Shown: piece after piece, positions 40,029-48,194 of the stretch
Layout: every line of letters begins with the position of its first letter
Numbering within the stretch: position 1 is the first letter of the stretch
Source: Nannocystis sp. ILAH1
GTDB taxonomy: Bacteria > Myxococcota_A > Polyangia > Nannocystales > Nannocystaceae
Length of the DNA: 50,803 bases
Reading direction: 5' to 3'
Assembly: GCF_026626585.1 (NCBI RefSeq)
Contig: NZ_JAPNKD010000018.1
Span: 267,718 to 318,520, forward strand
Program-made: the position numbers and the translations under genes
The notes under the pieces: generated by a model
Database searches by the model: none
Told to the model about the DNA's origin: nothing
Seen by the model: only the letters and a program-made list of their open reading frames with translations

Positions 40029-41269
40029 ACCTGCTGCTCCCACCACCAGCGATCGACCGGCGGCTCCCGCTTGCTGTTCGTCCCGCAGTGGATCTCGCCG
40101 TAATTGACGTGATACGTGAAGAAATCGTCGACGAACTCGAGGTCGACGCCGGTGTCGGCCGGCGGCCCGAGCGCGGTGCGGATGTTGCTCTCGAACTGGC
40201 ACACCCCGCCGACCTCCGGCCCGAACGGCTTGGGGATCACCAGCCGCACCGTCTTGTCGGGTTTCGTCAATACCAGCATGTTGACCACCCCTGGCGTGTA
40301 CGCGACGTGAAGATTATTTTCGGTCGTCATGAACAGCACCGGCAACGGGATGAAGTCGGTCTCCGCGAGGTCGAGCTCGTCCATGAGCTTGGCCTTGATG
40401 CCATCGATGGAGCCCTGCACCGTCGTCTGCACGTTCATGAAAGACGAGTCGTCGAGCACCTCGTCGACCGTGCGCAGGTGGTAGCTGTCGTATTGGTCCT
40501 GCGGCGTCATGACATCCGGCGGATGATCGGGCAGCGGCGGCGGCGGCGTGAGCCGCAGCAGCGGCGCGGTGCCCTGCCGCGCCGCTTTGAGTCGGCGCAG
40601 GATCGACACCGCTTCCGTCGGGCTGGCGAGCGCGACCTTGAACTTCTTGGGCGCGTTCTTCACCGGCACGAACGACATCACCTCGTCGACGTGACCGACC
40701 TCCAGCCACCCGGTGTTGAGCGCGAACGGCTCCTGGACCCGCTGCGCGCGCAGGAAATCGACGACATCGCGCTGCATGTTGCGCCGGGCGGTGCCGCCGG
40801 GGTGCTCGCCGTAGATCAGGCGGCCGAACTTGTACTCCTTGCCGCGACCGCTGTGGGTGAACGGCGGCGAGCACTCGAGGTTGCCGAACGAGTCGAGGGT
40901 GCCGCCGCTCTTGCTCGGCGGCATCGCCTGGACCCACCCGAAGCCGGGCTCGAGCATCCGTTCGCGCGGGTAGCGGTCGATGGGCCCCCAGCCCAGGATT
41001 GGACGCGAGTCGTTGGCCGTCGCTTGCGCGCCAAACGCTCCAGCGGCCCCGACGCGCAGCGCCGGTGGTGCCGGCGAGGGCGAGGACGCAGTCGTGGGCA
41101 AGCGGGGCCCGCTGGCCTCCTCGAGTGCGGCAAAGTAGGCGCCGGTGCCCCAGCGTGGGAACGTCGGGGCCCGACGCTCGACCGAGCCAAACGCCCCTTG
41201 CCTGCCGGGCTTCTTGAGACGGCCGTGTTTGACGGGATGGCCGATGTAAAGCGCAGCTTGCGCGTTCAT
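40025..41269 (-). CDS. eukaryote-type protein-arginine deiminase (PAD/PADI catalytic domain) homologue
   Basis: Lower part of ORF 40025..41494. ATG 41269 ([18 protein letters not shown]...). The C-terminus [34 protein letters not shown] closely matches the PADI catalytic-Cys region (FFTYH...GEVHCGTN...WW). Also [15 protein letters not shown]. About 414 aa, with no N-terminal Ig-like domains. Confidence 0.75.
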   Translation of the reverse strand: [414 protein letters not shown]

Positions 41270-41604
41270 GCTGATTTCCGTCTGGAGATCCCGGCCGTCC
41301 GCCACCTCTGAGATGGCGACAAGGGCCTTCTTGGCAGCGGCGGTGCCTGAGAGGACAGTCTGCGTGGTGGTGGTGCGGCCACCGCCCTGGCGGCGGGCGG
41401 ACCAGGCGGTGACGCCAAGTGATCTCGCCGGCTCTCTCAAAGCGGCGCTGAGGGACGGCGCCAGAGTAACGGCGGCAGGCCGATGGATATGCAACTACCA
41501 CCACAGAACGACGGTCCGTCTGCTCGCCGCGGAAGGTCCTTTTCTGCCTCGACAAAATCCCGTCTTCGACCGAGAATATCCGTGGCACGACCGACTCTTG
41601 CGTT

Positions 41605-41626
41605 AGATTGCACATTGGGGCAATCT
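41605..41626. promoter_or_regulatory. inverted repeat AGATTGC-N8-GCAATCT immediately upstream of the 41634 start codon
   Basis: Seen directly in the sequence. It lies in a locally AT-rich divergent region between the deiminase operon and the lipoprotein gene. Confidence 0.35.
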
Positions 41627-41633
41627 CGCGCCC

Positions 41634-42416
41634 ATGAAGAGGATGAGCATCCTGAGAAGATTGGGGATCTGCCTACTTTGTGCGGCGGCATGTGGTAAGG
41701 TCGACGAAACCGGCGACGCAACTGATGGAGGAGCAACGACCACGACCGCGGCCGCGGCCGCAGACACCGGCGAGGCATGCACACCGGGGTATGAAAGCTG
41801 TGAGTGCGTCGGTGGCGAGGTATGTCTCGCGGGCTTGTCGTGTGTCTCGAAGGTATGCGTCGACCTAGGCGAGTTGACGACCTCGGGGGGCGGCAGCGCC
41901 GGCGAGACGACCGGTAAGGATACCAGCGAGGAGCCACCGCCGACAGGCACCTGCTCTGTCACGGCCGAGTGCGCCGACACGGAGATCTGCGTCGACGGTT
42001 TCTGCGGCGACACTGACCTGTATTACTTCGACGTCCGCGTGACGAGGTTCGCGCCGGACGACTGTAGCGACGGATGGGGCGCCGGCGAGGTCTACTTCGC
42101 GTTCTACTCGGGGACGGAGAGCCAGCTACAGGGAGTGTCGACCTGGTCCTACTGTCCTGCGGACTGGAGTGATTTCGAGATGCCATTATACGACTCACTG
42201 ACGCCGTTCCAGCTTGACTTCTGGGAGGATGACGAGTTTGAGGACGACTATATGGCGACGCTCTGCTGGGACGCCGACGGCAACGCCAACTCGACCGACC
42301 CGTGTAGCGTCGTACCCAAGCACTGGTTGCGCGAAGGCACAGTGACTGGCTACATCGGCTCGTCCAACCAGTACGGTATCACGGTGACGTTCACGCAGCG
42401 TCCGTGGGAAGGTTGA
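41634..42416 (+). CDS. Cys-rich lipoprotein, function unknown
   Basis: ORF 41634..42416. Signal MKRMSILRRLGICLLCAAAC. Cys-rich modules (CTPGYESCECVGGEVCLAGLSCVSKVC, CSVTAECADTEICVDGFC). The C-terminal domain is acidic. Confidence 0.8.
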   Translation: MKRMSILRRLGICLLCAAACGKVDETGDATDGGATTTTAAAAADTGEACTPGYESCECVGGEVCLAGLSCVSKVCVDLGELTTSGGGSAGETTGKDTSEEPPPTGTCSVTAECADTEICVDGFCGDTDLYYFDVRVTRFAPDDCSDGWGAGEVYFAFYSGTESQLQGVSTWSYCPADWSDFEMPLYDSLTPFQLDFWEDDEFEDDYMATLCWDADGNANSTDPCSVVPKHWLREGTVTGYIGSSNQYGITVTFTQRPWEG

Positions 42417-42425
42417 GCACCCGAC

Positions 42426-43148
42426 ATGCGTCCGGCCGTCCTCGTCCTGCTCAGTATCTCGCTTGTCGCAGCTCCCTCCGCCGCGAAGCGCCCGCCCAAG
42501 GCCAAGCCGGTCGTGTCGCGCAAAGAAGCGGCCCCGCCAGCGCCGGCAATTCCGGCGAGCTCGTGGCGCGCGTTGAAGGATGCATGGATTGAAGTGTCGC
42601 TGCGTGATGGGGGAGTGGTACAGGGGCGACTTGCTGGTTCCGACGACAGGACGGCGACGATCGTCGAGAAGTCCGGCCATGTGCGTGCGCTCGCTATCGC
42701 CGACGCTCTCGAGCTCCGACAAGTTGCTGCTCCACCGGCACCACCCCCACCAGCACCTCTGACACTTGAGGCCAAGGACGCCGCGCGTGTGGCGGCGCTC
42801 GAGAAGCAGTACGGCGCCGGCTACACCAAGCCCAAGGGCAAGAAGATGCACACCGCTGGGTCCGTCATCCTCTCGCTCGGGCTCACACAGGCGGTGCTCG
42901 GCGTGGGCTTCGGGATCGTAACCGCCCTTTCCCAAGATGACGTATTCCGCGCGACCAGCATCGGCCTCTTGATTAGCGGCGGCATCACGATCGCGGTGGG
43001 CATACCCCTTATGGTCAAAGGCAGGGAGCGGCGCCTCGATTATCACGAATGGCTTCAGCAGCAGTCCTTAGGGGGGCAAGCCCGCGTAGTTCCCGGCATC
43101 ACCCCCCTACGTGGCGGTGGCGGTGTAAATCTGCGCATTTCCTTCTAA
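42426..43148 (+). CDS. secreted protein, function unknown (C-terminal 2-TM region)
   Basis: ORF 42426..43148. Signal MRPAVLVLLSISLVAAPSAA. Confidence 0.65.
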   Translation: MRPAVLVLLSISLVAAPSAAKRPPKAKPVVSRKEAAPPAPAIPASSWRALKDAWIEVSLRDGGVVQGRLAGSDDRTATIVEKSGHVRALAIADALELRQVAAPPAPPPPAPLTLEAKDAARVAALEKQYGAGYTKPKGKKMHTAGSVILSLGLTQAVLGVGFGIVTALSQDDVFRATSIGLLISGGITIAVGIPLMVKGRERRLDYHEWLQQQSLGGQARVVPGITPLRGGGGVNLRISF

Positions 43149-43199
43149 GTGGGCCGACTTTTCTTGAGAGCGTAGACCTCCGCTCTGCGTGCGCAGTCT

Positions 43200-43994
43200 C
43201 TACCTTAAGGCATGCATGTCGAGTTGATCGACGAGAATCTCCCGCAGGCGCCTGAGTTCCCGCTCGGAGTCGGCGTCGATACTGACTGAATCGTAGGAAA
43301 CGTCGCTCGGATAGAGCATGAGCGAGGCGTCACTGCGGTTGTAGTATGCGAGCTCTCCCGTCATGTAGGGCACTGGGGCGAACCCGAGTCTTTCCGCGAG
43401 CTCCCGGAACCGGGCCATGCGCGCTGCCATGGGCGGCACGCCGGCTTTACGAGCTGTCGACCGGCGCAGCTCAGCCCGGTGCGGCAGGACTTCGGTGCGG
43501 AGGAAGCGGAACGCCTCGCAGTAGAGGAACTGCATCAGGCTGTGGCAGTGGTGGTAGATGTACACATGATGCGATCCTGGGATAGGCTGGCCTTCATCGT
43601 CAAAGCCCCACTCATAACCGACCACCGGGAACGGGGGGCTCTGAGTGGTGTCGAGGAACATCTCGGACTGTCGGTCGAGCGTCCACAGGTATACAGCTCC
43701 TGGTGGGGCAGGGACCGTGGGGGCCCCGTAGAACGTGGCGATCACGTCGATGCCGAAATCATAGTCCTCCATGAATGGAGCGGCGGCTCCGTGCGGGGTG
43801 CGACCCAGGCGTCGAAGGAAGGCCCGAAGTTCGGGCGGAAACGCGAAGCCCGCGCGCATCTCTAGGCGGCGGATATCGTCCTCGGACGCGGGTGCGAAGC
43901 GAGCGCCAAACCCTTCGACATAAACAGCGAAGTACCGGACCCACGCGTCGAGCTCGGTAGCCCAGAAGTGTTCGTCGTCCCTATTTGGCGTCAT
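43200..43994 (-). CDS. hypothetical protein, in a lower-GC island
   Basis: ORF 43200..43994. The local GC is clearly lower than the flanks. There is no recognisable motif. Confidence 0.55.
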   Translation of the reverse strand: MTPNRDDEHFWATELDAWVRYFAVYVEGFGARFAPASEDDIRRLEMRAGFAFPPELRAFLRRLGRTPHGAAAPFMEDYDFGIDVIATFYGAPTVPAPPGAVYLWTLDRQSEMFLDTTQSPPFPVVGYEWGFDDEGQPIPGSHHVYIYHHCHSLMQFLYCEAFRFLRTEVLPHRAELRRSTARKAGVPPMAARMARFRELAERLGFAPVPYMTGELAYYNRSDASLMLYPSDVSYDSVSIDADSERELRRLREILVDQLDMHALR

Positions 43995-44234
43995 GTCTTT
44001 TCCTCAGGCGATGCTGGGTTCGTACACATCATGGAAGCCAGAATTCGCTTACAGGTGTTACAGGATGGCTTGTATCTCCTGTTCCGACTCTCGGGTATTT
44101 GCTCCAGTACCCTGAGGCTCACGCTCTTGCCCGCAGGAGCAGGAAGCATCTCCGCGTGGAATGCCGCGAAGAGCGTTTTACTCGGCACAGTTACCAGGGG
44201 GATGCTTGTCGTATTGAGCGCGCGGTCGTCGAAC

Positions 44235-44617
44235 TCATGGGGCTGGGGAAAGGAGCTGGGCCAGCCAGTGGATGATCAAGGTGTCGAGCGCGCCGGACTC
44301 GCGGCAGCTCGTCGGGTCGAGGTAGACGACGGGGTCGGTGGGACGGGGCGGGCGGGCAAGGCGCCGCTCGGCGAGGATGATGGCTTTCGGGTGGACGTCG
44401 TTGCCGAAGGCGTGGGGCCGGTCGGCGAGGTAGCCGTGCATCTTGAGATAGGCGGCGCGGAGGTAGCCGAGGTCGCTGGACAGTTTAGCGTCGAGCAGGA
44501 GTTCGAACTTGCGGCGGTCGTCCTCGAAGACGAGGCGGAGGTCGGGGCGCAGGTGCGCCCTCGCATCGTAGGCGTGAAGGAGGGCTAGTGTGTAGGCGCC
44601 GCGCTCGGCCGGCTGGT
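44235..44617 (-). pseudogene. C-terminal fragment of the McrC-like gene split by the IS21 insertion
   Basis: This is track ORF 44235..44633 minus its IS-derived start. It continues in frame from the N-terminal fragment 47335..48194 once the IS and one TSD copy are removed (...LFYNQP|AERGAYTLALLHAYD...). It contains a PD-(D/E)xK-like motif, RPDLRLVF...ELLLDAK. Confidence 0.6.
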
Positions 44618-44736
44618 TGCGTATTCCGGCCATCGTGATCGCGTGGATCGGTCATCGTGATCACTCCGGAGGTCGGAGCGGAGCGACGCGGTTGCGGGCT
44701 CGGCGCGGACGGAGCGAAGCGACGCTGATGGGGTGT

Positions 44737-45441
44737 TCAGGTCTGGGAGGCGACCTCCTTGCGGCGTGATGGGCCTTTTAGCATGAGGCGGTGGCACTGG
44801 GAGAGCATGCGATCGCAAATCGCATCAGCGGTTGTGGGGTCGCCGATCTGGTCGTGCCAGAGCTCGGGCGAGCGCTGGCTGGTCAGGATGGTGGAGCGTT
44901 CACCGAATCGATCCTCCATCAGTTCGGACATGTCTCTTCGCTCGGCCGGTCCGAGCGGGGTCATGGCCCAGTCGTCGAGGATCAGGACGTCGACGCGGGC
45001 GAGCTTGGCGAGCAATCTTGCATAGGTCCCGTCGGCGCGGGCGAGCGCGAGCTCGTCGAAGAGCCGCGAGGTGCGGCGGTACATGGCGCGGTAGCGGCGG
45101 CGGAGGGCGTGCTGGGCGAGGGCGCAGGCGAGGAAGGACTTCCCGGTGCCCGTCGGGCCGGTGATGGCGATGTTCTGGTGCTAGGCGACCCAGTTGCAGG
45201 TCGCGAGCTGGCGGATCAGCGGCTTGTCGAGCTCGCGGCGGTCGTCGTAGTCGAGGTCCTCGAGGCAGGCGCTGCCGAGCTTGAGGCGCGCCTCCTTGAG
45301 GTTGCGCTTGAGGCGGGCGTTCTGCCGGCTCATCCACTCGGAGTCGACGAGGAGGCCGAGGCGCTCGTCGAAGCCGAGGCCACCGTAGTCGGGCCGCGAC
45401 TGCTGCTCGAGCCAGGCTGCGGCGAGACCGTTCAGCCGCAT
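44737..45441 (-). pseudogene. istB: IS21 helper ATPase IstB with an in-frame amber stop (TAG at 45181-45183) just before the Walker A motif
   Basis: Track ORFs 45181..45441 and 44737..45084 are in the same frame. The sequence between them reads HQNIAITGPTGTGKSFLACA (Walker A) straight after the TAG. The C-terminus is VDVLILDDWAMTPL...ERSTILTSQRSPELW. Confidence 0.8.
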
Positions 45442-45492
45442 TCTTTGAGCTTGTCCATGGTCTGCTGATTCATCATCGATGTGTCTTTTCGG

Positions 45493-47040
45493 TCAGTTGT
45501 AGTAGCGAGGGCCGCGGATGTTCTCGTGGGCCTCGGGCTTGTCGGCCGGTATGTCGGCGGGGATATCGGGCAGCGGGGCGCGGTCGAGGCCGTTCTTGAG
45601 GATCGATTCGACGTGGCGGTACGAGCGAGCGCGCACGGCCACGGCACGGGCGCAGGCGGCCTCGAGGCGCGCGTCGCCGTAGGTCTTGCCCAGGCGCAGG
45701 ATGCCGAGGCAGGCGCGGTAGCCGTGCTCGGGGTGCTTGCGGTCCTTCATGATGGCCTGGGCGAGCTCGGCGGTCTTCGGGCCGACCTGCTTCGCCTGGG
45801 CGAGGATCCGGCTCGGCGAGCGATCGGCGTGCCGCTGGTGGGCCTTCGGCATGTGCTCGGGCTTGGTGGTATGGCGACCCGCGGCGAAGCTGCGCGCGTG
45901 CGAGGTGATGCGCTTGCCGCCGTGCAGGAGCCCGACGGTCGTCGCGGTGAAGCGCGCCTCGACGGCCTCGCCGACGAGGGTGTACGGCACCGAGTAGTAG
46001 TGGCGATCGATCTCGACGTGGTAGTCGATGTTGACGCGGCACGTCTTCCACTCGCAGTACTCAAATCGCTCGACGGGGAGCGGTCGCAGTTCCGATCGCT
46101 CGATGCGCTCGAAGAGGGCGCGACGGCTGATGTTGCCGTACTTCTTCATCGGCCGGGTGTTGAGGTCCTCGAGCAGCTCGGCGACCCGCGCATTGAGCTC
46201 CGCGAGCGAGTGGAAGACCTCGTCGCGCAGGCGCGCGACGATCCACCGCTGGGCGATCAGCATGGCGTTCTCGACCTTGGCCTTGTCGCGCGGCTTGCCG
46301 GGCCTGGCCGGCATGACGGTGGTGCCGTAGTGCTCCGCGAGCGCGGCGTAGGTTCGCTGGATCTTCGGGTCGTACCAGCACGACTTCGTCACCGCGGCCT
46401 TGAGCTGGTCGGGCACCAGCGCCGCCGGCACGCCGCCGAAGTACTCGAGCATGCGCGCGTTGCTGGCGATGAAGTCGTGGCCCCGCTGCGTCAGGCTCGC
46501 CTCGGCGTAGGTGAGGTTCGAGGCCCCGAGCACGCCGACGAAGAGCTCGACCGCGATGCACTCGCCGGTCTTCGGATCGACGATGTGCAGCCTGTTACCC
46601 GAGTAGTCGACGAAGGCCTTGTCACCGGCCACGTGGTCGATCCGCATCGTCCAGCCGCGCTGCTTCAGCCAGGTTCGGTACAGCTCGCAGAATTGCGTGT
46701 AGCGATACCCGTCCCGGTTCTTCTCGAGGTACTCGACGTGCAGCAGCGCGAGCGTGACGCCCTTCCGCCGCCGCTGCGCGTGGATATGCGTGAAATCAGG
46801 CAGCGGCCTCGCCCGCGACGCCGGCTCGCCGTCGTAGACGACCCGCTCCAGTGCCTCGTCGCTGAGGGCCTGCACGGCCTCCCAGGTGAGGCCGGCCTCA
46901 CTCGCCTTGCCCACGACCTTGCCGACGACGCCGGCGCTGACGTCGAGGCTCGCAGCCACGTCCCGGTGGCTTCGCTGCAGCGCCCACTTCTGGCGCAGGA
47001 TCTCGCGGATGTTCTTCATGGTCAGTCGCTGCGTCGCCAT
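45493..47040 (-). CDS. istA: IS21-family transposase IstA
   Basis: Frame of ORF 45493..47178. ATG 47040 (MATQRLTMKNIREILRQKWALQRSHRDVAASLDVSAGVVGK), with a GGGAGG RBS 5 nt upstream. It has an HTH domain plus an integrase core (DYSGNRLHIVD...). Confidence 0.9.
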   Translation of the reverse strand: MATQRLTMKNIREILRQKWALQRSHRDVAASLDVSAGVVGKVVGKASEAGLTWEAVQALSDEALERVVYDGEPASRARPLPDFTHIHAQRRRKGVTLALLHVEYLEKNRDGYRYTQFCELYRTWLKQRGWTMRIDHVAGDKAFVDYSGNRLHIVDPKTGECIAVELFVGVLGASNLTYAEASLTQRGHDFIASNARMLEYFGGVPAALVPDQLKAAVTKSCWYDPKIQRTYAALAEHYGTTVMPARPGKPRDKAKVENAMLIAQRWIVARLRDEVFHSLAELNARVAELLEDLNTRPMKKYGNISRRALFERIERSELRPLPVERFEYCEWKTCRVNIDYHVEIDRHYYSVPYTLVGEAVEARFTATTVGLLHGGKRITSHARSFAAGRHTTKPEHMPKAHQRHADRSPSRILAQAKQVGPKTAELAQAIMKDRKHPEHGYRACLGILRLGKTYGDARLEAACARAVAVRARSYRHVESILKNGLDRAPLPDIPADIPADKPEAHENIRGPRYYN

Positions 47041-47172
47041 TTCGCCTCCCACGCGAAATGGCCGGTGATTCAGCGTCGACCTCGCCCCCTCGCGCATTCG
47101 GCTGCGCGTAACACGCGGAGGCGGCTCCGTTCCTTGGAGTCTCGGCCGCCGGCCGGCGCACTCGCCGCCGGT

Positions 47173-47315
47173 GATCACGAGGACCGATCTGGGCGATCAC
47201 GATGCCGATCGGCGCGATCACGATGCCGATCGGCGCGATCACGACGCCGACCGGCGTGATCACGATGCCGATCTACGCGATCACGAGGGACCGATCTGGG
47301 CGATCACGATGGGCC
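47173..47315. repeat. array of about 6 x 21-bp GATC-rich repeats (GATCACGATGCCGATCGGCGC) in the IS21 left terminal region
   Basis: Copies at roughly 47173, 47195, 47216, 47237, 47258, 47279 and 47304. The first and last copies are the variant GATCACGAGGRACCGATCTGGGC. Each unit carries two GATC sites. Inverted copies of the unit lie at 44632-44665 at the other end. Confidence 0.8.
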
Positions 47316-48194
47316 GTTTTCCGCAGGCTGGTTGTAGAAGAGGCGCAGAACGGCCTGGCCTTCGCGCCAGGTGGCGATGGCCCGACGGTTGGCAGCGATC
47401 AGGGTGTTCTTGCGGGTGGCCGCGGGCCAGGCGCGGTCGATGGATTCAATCAGGGTGAGCAGGATGTAGAGCTCGAAGCGCGTCTCGGGCTGATACGGGA
47501 CGAGGGAGTAGCGGGCGAGGGCGTCGCGCAGGTGCTCGAGTTTGGGGCGAGGGAGGAGGTTGGCGTGGTCGTGGGCGATGATGGCGGCGTGGCGGATCGC
47601 GGCATCGCGGCTCTGCTGGCACGCGCGGTAGGTGTCGGCAGTCGGGCGTGACTCGGGGAGGTCGCGCAGCGCGGCGTGTCGGAGGCAGGTCTCGGCGGCG
47701 TTGTGGATCCGCGAGAGGCGTCCGATCCAGAGATCGTCGCGTGCATATTCGCTCGGGCCGAGCGTCGCGGCGGCGAGGCGGATCCGCTCGACGAGCCAGC
47801 GAACGAGCAGGAGCTCCTGCGTACTGAAGGACCGGCGGAGGCTGGTGGTGATGGCACGAGCGGGATCGCGGGTCTGTTGCCGGAGGACCAGGGTACGGCC
47901 CCAGTCGATCCGGCCGCGGACATGGCCGCGGAGCTCCTCGCGGACGCGTTCACTGCGCGGGTGGATCCGGCGCAGGTAGGCCGGGAGGTCGTCGCAGACG
48001 AGGCGCTCGACGCCGCTGCCGGGGTCGAGCAGGAAGGCGAGCGCGGCGAGCTGGTGCAGGCTGTCGGCGTCGCCGGCGAGGCGGGCGAGCGCGCGGGCGA
48101 CGGCGGTAGCCGGGCGCGGGTGGCCCTCGGCGCAGCGCAGGAGGTACGCCGGGAACTGTCCTTCGAGCCAGGTCTCCCAGGAGCGCTCGGTCAT
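47304..48194 (-). pseudogene. N-terminal fragment of the McrC-like gene, partner of the McrB-like GTPase; truncated by the IS21 insertion
   Basis: ORF 47304..48194. Its last three codons plus the stop (GPS*) come from the IS tip. Its ATG overlaps the McrB-like stop (ATGA). Confidence 0.6.

Larger units (their letters stand above)
44618..47327 (-). mobile_element. IS21-family insertion sequence (istA and istB), flanked by a 7-bp target-site duplication GGCTGGT
   Basis: The termini are TGCGG...CGCA in element orientation. The terminal inverted repeats are TGCGGAAAACGGCCCATCGTGATCGC and GCGTATTCCGGCCATCGTGATCGC. The direct repeats GGCTGGT lie at 44611-44617 and 47328-47334. The element is 2710 bp and carries istA and istB. 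Confidence 0.85.
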
